Below are positions 57,081 through 64,000 of a DNA stretch of 64,000 bases, piece by piece (position 1 is the first letter of the stretch; every line of letters begins with the position of its first letter). The DNA is from Planctomycetota bacterium (GTDB lineage: Bacteria > Planctomycetota > B15-G4 > JADJEK01), in contig JBGAIQ010000003.1 of assembly GCA_044225365.1 (NCBI GenBank), forward strand, positions 32,001 through 96,000. Reading direction: 5' to 3'. Both the position numbers and the translations under genes were made by a program. A model generated the notes under the pieces. It saw nothing but the letters and a program-made list of their open reading frames with translations, was not told the origin of the DNA and searched no databases.

Positions 57081-58795
57081 ACAGGCGCAGTGAAGTCCGG
57101 CGCGCGACAGACCCGCCGGCGCTTCAGACAGTAGGGAAGCATGAGGAGGGCGTCGAACGTCGCCTTGATCGCGATGCGGAGACCGCCCTCCGTCTCCTTG
57201 ATCGAACGGTCGATGCCGATGGTGCCGGTGGCGTCGCTCGCGTAGGCCTTGCCCTTTCGCAGCCCGAGTCCCTTCATGCCGAGCACCCAGCCGGCGCGAA
57301 TCACCTCGCTCCACGCGCAGTACTTGAAGGCGTAGAGCCAGAAATTGCGCACGTGGTAGTACAGCGAGCGCTTGCCGCCCTTCATCCCGAAAGGCGTCTT
57401 GTGGAAGATCTCGGCCTTCGGAAACTGCAGGACGCGGTATCCGAGGTTGAGGACTCGCGCCGTGAGATCACGCTCGTTGCCGTAGATGAAGAACGCTTCG
57501 TCGTAGTACTCGGCGCGCTTCAAGACGTCGCTCCGGGCGAGCGTGCCGCAGCCGCGGAAGGTCGCCATGTAGCGTTCGCGGTTCACGGCCTCGCCGCGCA
57601 GGAACTCCTCGGGCATGCCGGGTTCGACGACCTTGCTGCTCACCATGGCCGTCGTTTCGGGTTCCATTCGCATGCGCTCGTAGAGCTTTTCGAGCCAGTC
57701 CGGCGGCGCAACGACGTCGTCGTCCATGATCGCCGTGAACGGTTGCGTCGCGGCCTTGAATCCGATGTTGAACGTCTCGCACGCGCCGAGCTTGTCGTGC
57801 GGCATCACGATGAGCTTCACGTCGGGGAACTCGCGACGGATCATCGCGACGGTGTCGTCCTTCGACGCGTTGTCGACGACGACGATCTCGGCGGGCGCTC
57901 GCGTCTGCCGTTTCAGACCGAGCAGATTCTCTCGGACGTCTGCCGATTTGTTCCAGGTCGAGATGACGCACGAGATCGGGAGTGGCGGTTGGCTGTCGGC
58001 GGTTGGCGCTTGGCTCGCATCCAACGGTGTCGGATTGGAACCGATCTCCACCGCGCGTCGCGCGAGCGCTTCGTTGGCCGCGAGCCAGTCGGGGAGAGCG
58101 GACGATGGCAGGTCGAAGTAGCCCTCGGCCGCGTCGACGCCGACGATGTCGACGTTGACCGTTCGCGCCCGATGGCCCGTGATCGTCTTGCCCGTGATGT
58201 CGAGCGCGCCGTGCTGCGATTCGAAACATCGCAGCGCCTTCTCCTTCGTTCCGAGCAGCGACGTGATGTCGAGGAGATAGCTGCCGATCTGCTGTTGATT
58301 GACTTCGTAGAGGATGACGTGCGGCGAGAGCGCGCTGCCGCGCAGCGCGTTGGCGAGGAGGTGCGCGGTCGCACGATGATCGGGGTGGTGTTCGAGCGGC
58401 GACGGTGCGTAGACGATGTCCGGCTTCAGGGTTTCGAGGAGTCCTGCGAGACCGGAGACGAACGCACCCTCGGGTCGCAGTGCGCCGTCGGGGAAGTCGA
58501 GGCTCCGCAGGTTCGTCACTCCGAGCACGGCGAGCGCGCGCTCCGATTCGGTCCGCCGGAGTTTGCGAATCCGCTCGCGGTCCTTCGCGTCCTTCGCCCC
58601 GCCGGCGCCATCGGTCACGTGGACGACCGTCACGACGTCACCGCGAGCGGCGTGCATCGCGAGCGCGCCGCCGCAGCCGATCACTTCGTCGTCGGGATGC
58701 GGCGCGAGACAGACGATGACCCCGCCTCGCACTGCAGCGAAAGGCTTGAGGGGCAGGAACCGAAAGCTCGGGTCGAATGCAGCAGGTTTCGTCAC
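57077..58795 (-). CDS. PIG-L/LmbE-family N-deacetylase fused to GT2 glycosyltransferase
   Basis: APHPDDEVIGCGG and HPDH; then ISTWN, VDNASKDDT, MDDD, FIYGNERDL; start uncertain (GTG 58795). Confidence 0.9.
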   Translation of the reverse strand: MTKPAAFDPSFRFLPLKPFAAVRGGVIVCLAPHPDDEVIGCGGALAMHAARGDVVTVVHVTDGAGGAKDAKDRERIRKLRRTESERALAVLGVTNLRSLDFPDGALRPEGAFVSGLAGLLETLKPDIVYAPSPLEHHPDHRATAHLLANALRGSALSPHVILYEVNQQQIGSYLLDITSLLGTKEKALRCFESQHGALDITGKTITGHRARTVNVDIVGVDAAEGYFDLPSSALPDWLAANEALARRAVEIGSNPTPLDASQAPTADSQPPLPISCVISTWNKSADVRENLLGLKRQTRAPAEIVVVDNASKDDTVAMIRREFPDVKLIVMPHDKLGACETFNIGFKAATQPFTAIMDDDVVAPPDWLEKLYERMRMEPETTAMVSSKVVEPGMPEEFLRGEAVNRERYMATFRGCGTLARSDVLKRAEYYDEAFFIYGNERDLTARVLNLGYRVLQFPKAEIFHKTPFGMKGGKRSLYYHVRNFWLYAFKYCAWSEVIRAGWVLGMKGLGLRKGKAYASDATGTIGIDRSIKETEGGLRIAIKATFDALLMLPYCLKRRRVCRAPDFTAPV

Positions 58796-58883
58796 GCGAG
58801 GCGATACGCAGGAGTTACGGGGGCGGGATCGTACCGAACGACTCCGAACCTTAACATCGACGCTCGAAAGGCTCCGAATCAAG

Positions 58884-60377
58884 ATGCGAAGGAATCTCAC
58901 GAGCGTCAGGGGATGGCGCGGGTTCGGCGGCGGGGTGGTGCTCGGCTGCGTTTTGGGCGTCGTGGCGATGCTGGCATTGGGACGCGGTCGCACGGCGGAT
59001 TCGCAAACGCGCGACGAGACGCGTGAGGTCGCTCCGAACCGCGCATCGCTCGAGAGTGCTGCTTCGGAGCCGGGGGCCGGAAACGCAGACTCCGACCGTT
59101 CTGCGGTCGCTCGGTCCCGGTCCGCGGAAACTCCCGATCGACGCGGAGTCGATTCGATCCCCGATGCCGTGATCCCCGATGCGATGATCCGTGGTCATCT
59201 CGTCGCCCGCGACGGCCGTCCGATCGAGGGCGCGCGAATCCTCGCGATTCCCACGAGGATCGCGGCGATGGAGAACCCGTCGCTCGGCACCTCGGTCGCC
59301 ACTCATGCGACGCCGGAGGAGGGCGGCAGCATCGCGCTCACCCGCCACGGAGGCGCCTTTGGCGTGTTTGGGCTCGAGAGCGGGGTCGACTACGCGCTCT
59401 TCGTCGACGTGCCCGACTCTCGCCGACTCGTCGATCTCTCCGGCCCCGTTCGCGCGGGGATGTGCACGGCGCCGGCGAGCAGGGTCGAACTCGTCGATCC
59501 GACCCACCTTCTCATCGTGAGCCTCGACCTCGACTCGGAACTTTCGAAGATCGTCGAGTCGAATCCGGGTGCTTTCGCACAGGGACAATTGCTGCGACCG
59601 CCGCCTTTCTCCGCGATCGCCCGCTTCACCGTTCCGCTGCGGAGCGAACTCGTCTGCCGCGTTCCCGCCGACCTTCCTCTCACGCTTCAGCTGCGGGGCG
59701 ATGAGATCCGTCCGTGGGAGATGCACGATGTGATCGTCGCTGCAGCGGAGGCCGAACATTTCTCGCGCGCGAATCTCTCGGGATGGGGCCAGGGGAACGC
59801 GGTCTTCCTCACGTTGCGCGACGACATGGGAAACCCTCTCGAACGCGCCGCGATCACGCTCGTTCCCGGACGCGACGTACCGCCGATCCCATATACGAGT
59901 TCGCCTCGGGTGACCGAGACGCGCCAGATCGTGCTCGATCGAGGCGGCTATTCGGAAGCGAATGTTGCGCCGGGCTCGTGCACCGTGTTCGTCACTCCGC
60001 CCACGGCGTCCGGTCTCGCGCCGCTCCGCGCCACGATCGAGGTGGCGGCGAGCGGGGAGACGCGCGCGGAATGGAGTCTCGTCCGGGGCGGGAATTTCCG
60101 GATCGATCTCCCTGCGGCGGTCCATTCCCAGTTGAAGTCGATCGCGGTCGTGCTCGATCGACCGGGTGATCCGTCCGCACCGATCTGGCTCACCGATGAG
60201 AACGGCGGAGGGTCGTCGTCGGGTTCCTACGTGCCGGCGAGTCCAACGGTCATGTTCGCCTCGCATCCCGTTCCTCCGGGCAACTACGCGGTGATCTTCG
60301 TGATGGCGGGAGAGGGGCCGGCGCGAGTTCCCTTTCGCGTCGTTGCGGGCGAGGTCGTGCCCGTCGCGCTGCGCTGA
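58884..60377 (+). CDS. Membrane-anchored protein with carboxypeptidase-regulatory-like beta-sandwich domains
   Basis: N-terminal TM; IRGHLVARDGRPIEGARI, LRDDMGNPLERAAI, VPPGNYAV, VVAGEVVPV. Confidence 0.7.
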   Translation: MRRNLTSVRGWRGFGGGVVLGCVLGVVAMLALGRGRTADSQTRDETREVAPNRASLESAASEPGAGNADSDRSAVARSRSAETPDRRGVDSIPDAVIPDAMIRGHLVARDGRPIEGARILAIPTRIAAMENPSLGTSVATHATPEEGGSIALTRHGGAFGVFGLESGVDYALFVDVPDSRRLVDLSGPVRAGMCTAPASRVELVDPTHLLIVSLDLDSELSKIVESNPGAFAQGQLLRPPPFSAIARFTVPLRSELVCRVPADLPLTLQLRGDEIRPWEMHDVIVAAAEAEHFSRANLSGWGQGNAVFLTLRDDMGNPLERAAITLVPGRDVPPIPYTSSPRVTETRQIVLDRGGYSEANVAPGSCTVFVTPPTASGLAPLRATIEVAASGETRAEWSLVRGGNFRIDLPAAVHSQLKSIAVVLDRPGDPSAPIWLTDENGGGSSSGSYVPASPTVMFASHPVPPGNYAVIFVMAGEGPARVPFRVVAGEVVPVALR

Positions 60378-60423
60378 CTCGAGCGGGGCGCAGCTCCGAG
60401 GTCGAGTTCGAGTTCCTGGTTGT

Positions 60424-60574
60424 GGGATTTTTAGTTCTCTTTCGAGTCATTTCTCGACGAAATGAGATGCAAAAATCTCGTCTTCGCCCGCCCGGAGGTG
60501 ATTCGACCTCGAATTGCTGGACTTCGCGCTCGGAAACGGATCGAATAGGGCCAACATGGGATTCGTAGATCCCA
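60424..60574. promoter_or_regulatory. Three operator-like palindromes upstream of the hipB-like gene
   Basis: GGGAT-N6-TTCTC (60424-60439), GAGAT-N6-ATCTC (60464-60479), TGGGAT-N6-ATCCCA (60557-60574) in an AT-richer intergenic region. Confidence 0.6.
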
Positions 60575-60595
60575 CAAGAAGGATTATTGCATCAT

Positions 60596-60922
60596 ATGAG
60601 CCTCATAAGTCCCCTGCTCACCGACATCGAGATCGGTGAAGAGCTCGGAGGCCGCCTGCGCGCGCTTCGCAAAGCCCGGAAGCTCGAGATCCAGGCGGTG
60701 GCAAAGGCCACCGGGCTCTCGAGGCGGACGGTCTATCGCGCCGAACTCGGCGACAACCCGACGCTCATCACCCTGTTGCGGCTCCTGCGACTGTACGGGC
60801 GACTCGGAGATCTCGACATCTTGTTGAGGCCGCCCGAAGTCTCCCCCATGGCGATCCTGGACGCATCGAAGACCCGCGCGCGCAAGACGAACCGCACCGC
60901 CGAAGGTCGCCCGAATCCATGA
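60596..60922 (+). CDS. hipB: XRE-family HTH antitoxin (HipB-like)
   Basis: LGGRLRALRKARKL..VAKATGLSRRTVYRAELG.NPTLITLLRLL; ATGA-coupled to the HipA gene. Confidence 0.85.
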   Translation: MSLISPLLTDIEIGEELGGRLRALRKARKLEIQAVAKATGLSRRTVYRAELGDNPTLITLLRLLRLYGRLGDLDILLRPPEVSPMAILDASKTRARKTNRTAEGRPNP

Positions 60923-62217
60923 CGGAATCCAGCGGCGAGCATGCGATCCGCGCCCACGCCGAGATTCGCATCTGGGGCGAGACGGTGGGCGCGATCGTCG
61001 AACTCGCGGATGGTCGCGTCGTGTTCGAATACGCGCAGGGCTTCCGCAAGAGCGGCATCGAGATCTCGCCGATCCACCTCCCGCTCTCGATCGCCGGACC
61101 CCAGACGTTCCCCGAACTGCGGCGCAAGAGCGCGTTCGACGGATTGCCCGGTGTGCTCGCCGACTCGTTGCCCGACGCCTTCGGCAACCAAGTAATGCGA
61201 GCCTATTTCGCCGCGAAGGGACAGGACGAGAAGTCCTTCAGCCCCGTACAGCGACTGCTCTACGTCGGCGAGGGCGCGATCGGCGCACTCACGTTCCATC
61301 CGAGCGAGGAATGGAAGGCCCGGCGAGCCGAACGTGAATCCCTCGAGATCGCCAAGCTCGTACGCGACGCCCGGCGGATCGTCGAGGGCAAGCCCGATGT
61401 CGCGATCCCCGAGATCTACCGAATCGGCGCGTCCGCCGGTGGCATGCGTCCGAAAGCGATCGTCCTGTACGACGAGAAGAGCGGAGTCGTTCGATCCGGA
61501 CACGGCAAACCGAACGCGCACGAGACGCCCTGCATCCTGAAGTTCGACGGCGTGGGCGATGGCTCCCCGAATGCAGCGGGCCGATCGCTCCGCCGGCCCC
61601 TGCCGTTCAACCGCATCGAGGCCGCATATTCGGAGATGGCGCGCGCTGCCGGGATCGAGACGTCGCGAATCCGCATCCTCGAGCACGACGGCTACGCACA
61701 TCTCCTGATCGATCGTTTCGATCTCGATGCCGCGAGCGGCGAGCGCATCCACCAGCACACGCTCGGAGGAATGATCCACGTCGACTACAACGAGCCCGGA
61801 GCCAGCTCCTACGAGGAGTATCTCCGCGTCGTGATGCGACTCGGCATGGCCTACGCATCGCTCGAGCAGGCCTACCGACGCATAGTGTTCAACGTGCTCG
61901 CGGTGAATCAGGACGACCACGTGAAGAACCTCTCGTTCCATCTCCCGCGAGGCGGCGCCTGGCAACTCTCCCCCGCATACGACGTGACCTTCGCACGGGG
62001 CCGCGGATTCACGGCGAATCATCAGATGAGCGTGAACGGCAAGGTGACGGACATCTCGACCGACGACCTCCTCGCCGTCGCGGCAAAGTTCGACATCGAT
62101 CATCCGCAACGGATCCTCGAACAGACACGGTCCGCCGTGGCGGATTTCCGCGCGTACGCCAAGGAGACGAAAGTTCCGAAAGCCGCAATGGACGCCGTCG
62201 CCGCAGCCCTCCTGTAG
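60919..62217 (+). CDS. hipA: HipA-family Ser/Thr kinase toxin
   Basis: HipA N-domain (FEY...ISPIHLP, DSLPDAFG); GASAGGMRPKA, NQDDHVKNLSF, LSPAYDV. Confidence 0.93.
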   Translation: MTESSGEHAIRAHAEIRIWGETVGAIVELADGRVVFEYAQGFRKSGIEISPIHLPLSIAGPQTFPELRRKSAFDGLPGVLADSLPDAFGNQVMRAYFAAKGQDEKSFSPVQRLLYVGEGAIGALTFHPSEEWKARRAERESLEIAKLVRDARRIVEGKPDVAIPEIYRIGASAGGMRPKAIVLYDEKSGVVRSGHGKPNAHETPCILKFDGVGDGSPNAAGRSLRRPLPFNRIEAAYSEMARAAGIETSRIRILEHDGYAHLLIDRFDLDAASGERIHQHTLGGMIHVDYNEPGASSYEEYLRVVMRLGMAYASLEQAYRRIVFNVLAVNQDDHVKNLSFHLPRGGAWQLSPAYDVTFARGRGFTANHQMSVNGKVTDISTDDLLAVAAKFDIDHPQRILEQTRSAVADFRAYAKETKVPKAAMDAVAAALL

Positions 62218-62237
62218 GGGTCGACGGCTGTCGACCC
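62218..62237. terminator. GC-rich hairpin between convergent hipA and GT4 genes
   Basis: GGGTCGAC-GGCT-GTCGACCC perfect 8-bp stem; no U-tract. Confidence 0.35.
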
Positions 62238-62278
62238 GTCGGGGCGATTCGAGCCGAAGTGACCGGGGGCGTCCGCGC

Positions 62279-63517
62279 CTATGCGGTGTAGAGGCGGGAA
62301 AGGCGCGAGGCGTGATCTTCGATGGTGAAGACCTGCTTCTTGCCCGCACGGCGCATCACGTCGAGCAGGTCGCGGTGCTTTGCGAGCTTCTCGAGGCACG
62401 AAACCAGTTCTGCGATCGCGCCCGTCTTCACGACGAGCGCGGCACCGCCCGCGCGCTCCCCCATCGCACCGCGATCGGTGACGAGAAGCGGCAGACCGAG
62501 CGCGAGCGCTTCGTCGACGACGAGCGAATACGTCTCCGCGGCGCGGCTCGGGAAGACCGCGAGGTCGGCCTCCGCGGGGAGTCGCGCGAGCCGCGCGCGG
62601 TCGTATTCGAACTCGCGAGAGAGTGTGAACCGCATCGCCGCGGCAGCGAGTCGAGCTTCGAGCGCGTCGTCCGTCGCCCGTCCGAGAACGGTGAGCACGA
62701 TCTTCGCGCGCGCCGTGGGAGTGAGGCGATCGATCGCTTCGATCAGATCGTCGAGTCCCTTGACGGGCGCGACGTTGCCGAAGAAGACGAGTCTCAGGCG
62801 TCCATCGTCATCGACTGCGCGGCGCGCGAGGCTCTCCCGTCTGAACGGCGCGAGGAGTCCGAGCGGCAGGACCTCGATCGGCGGAACGGCTCCGAGGATC
62901 TCGCTCCGTCCAAACATGTCCGCCGCGACTCGTGACGGTGCGAGTCGGACGTCCGCAAGCGCGAGTTCGCGCCGAAAGAACTGGCTCCGTGCGTCGAACT
63001 CGGCGTCGAGGAACGAATCGTCGCCGCCGCAGTCCGGTCGCACGCAATCGCGACAGCGCGCTCGTGGAACGGGCAACGCATCGCCGCAGAACCCGTGATC
63101 CGGCCGGATCAGGAAGAACCGCGGACAGAGGGCGAAGTAATCGTGGAGGGAGACGATCGCGCGCGCGCCTCGCGCTTTTGCGAGTTGCACGAGCGGCGTC
63201 GCGAGATGGAACCAGTGATGCACATGCACGACGTGCGGAGCAACTTCGGCGAGCAACGATTCGATCTTGGCGGCGAGGCGCGGGAAATCGTGACGAATCC
63301 CGAATCGCTCCTCGCCGGTCGAATCGTGACGCAAGCGAACGACCCGCGTTCCACGGAACGTCTCCTCGACCGACTCGGTGCCGGGCACCTCCGACCCGGC
63401 AAGGACGACGACGTCGTCGCCGCGCTTCGTCTGCGTTTCGACCAGCGCCGCGAGGTAGGCCTCAGTGCCGCCGACGAACTCGGGCGGAAAGTTGTGAACG
63501 GCGTGCAGGATTCTCAT
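62279..63517 (-). CDS. GT4 glycosyltransferase (Cys4 insert)
   Basis: MRILHAVHNFPPEFVGGTE, FGNVAPVKG, FPSRAAETYS. Confidence 0.92.
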   Translation of the reverse strand: MRILHAVHNFPPEFVGGTEAYLAALVETQTKRGDDVVVLAGSEVPGTESVEETFRGTRVVRLRHDSTGEERFGIRHDFPRLAAKIESLLAEVAPHVVHVHHWFHLATPLVQLAKARGARAIVSLHDYFALCPRFFLIRPDHGFCGDALPVPRARCRDCVRPDCGGDDSFLDAEFDARSQFFRRELALADVRLAPSRVAADMFGRSEILGAVPPIEVLPLGLLAPFRRESLARRAVDDDGRLRLVFFGNVAPVKGLDDLIEAIDRLTPTARAKIVLTVLGRATDDALEARLAAAAMRFTLSREFEYDRARLARLPAEADLAVFPSRAAETYSLVVDEALALGLPLLVTDRGAMGERAGGAALVVKTGAIAELVSCLEKLAKHRDLLDVMRRAGKKQVFTIEDHASRLSRLYTA

Positions 63518-63999
63518 CGCGATGGCGTCGCCCGCGCTTCCGGATCGAGCCTCACGAACGCCTCACCGCGAGTCGCGCCCTTCTCGAGGAACACCGCGCG
63601 ATACGCGTTGAGGCCCGAGATGAAGCTCGCGATGTCGGTGTGCTCGAGCTGACTCGAGTAACACGCGAGAGCTGCGAGCTTCTTCGCGTAGACCGCACTG
63701 ACGTCGACGACGAATTGCGCCTGGCTCGCCGTCCACACTTCGTAGCCGAAGGCGGGCGGAGGAGCGTCGAGGGCCTGCAGCGTCCGCGCGAGGATGACGG
63801 CGACCGCGTGATGATCGCTGTGTTGCTCCAAGCGATGCGGCGCGTAGACGACGGCGGGCTCGATCCGACGGATGAGTTCGAGGACGCGCGGCACGATCGC
63901 GGCCACATCGTCCTCGGTCACCTTGAAGTTGTCGGGGAATCCCCAGAACTCGACGCCCGAAACGCCGAGTAGCGCGGTCGCCGCGCGCGCCTCGCGCTC
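63514..63999 (-). CDS. PIG-L/LmbE-family deacetylase (5' truncated by window edge)
   Basis: EREARAATALLGV..FWGFPD, HSDHHAV, YEVW, VDVS..KKLAALACYSSQL. Confidence 0.88.
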   Translation of the reverse strand, partial: EREARAATALLGVSGVEFWGFPDNFKVTEDDVAAIVPRVLELIRRIEPAVVYAPHRLEQHSDHHAVAVILARTLQALDAPPPAFGYEVWTASQAQFVVDVSAVYAKKLAALACYSSQLEHTDIASFISGLNAYRAVFLEKGATRGEAFVRLDPEARATPSR

Positions 64000-64000
64000 C

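Noticed and set aside
49761-58993. Long N-terminal extensions in the ORF track (51488, 53521, 55480, 57314, 58993 starts)
   Set aside because: They overlap upstream genes; the family motifs begin at downstream starts, most of which form 4-bp stop/start overlaps

Overview
This is a high-GC, densely coding bacterial chromosomal window. Gene content and protein style suggest Planctomycetota, which is an inference. The left part (1-34 kb) mixes housekeeping and accessory genes: a partial YhaN-like ABC-ATPase, tRNA-Thr(CGT), a degenerate MqnD-like protein, a Zn-finger microprotein, a Lon N-domain protein, two convergent RecQ helicases, aat, an HDOD protein, a 1918-aa beta-propeller plus 11x BACON surface protein, trpS, a YfhO-type GT-C, two radical SAM enzymes, a GH114/166-like hydrolase, two ECF sigma factors and lepB. 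Two non-coding repeat elements are present: a 161-bp MITE-like palindrome at 13862-14022 and a ~240-bp-period REP/BIME-like array at 36.3-37.1 kb. The right part (37-64 kb, running off the window) is a large surface-glycan locus with 7 GT2 domains and 7 GT4 domains. All seven GT4s carry a Cx12-14Cx7-10Cx2C insert. The locus also has a stand-alone coiled-coil protein, an active/inactive SGNH pair and two PIG-L deacetylases, and is interrupted by a hipBA-type module with three operator-like palindromes. This glycan locus is the best candidate for an undescribed system. All product calls come from motif recognition by eye; no database searches were run.
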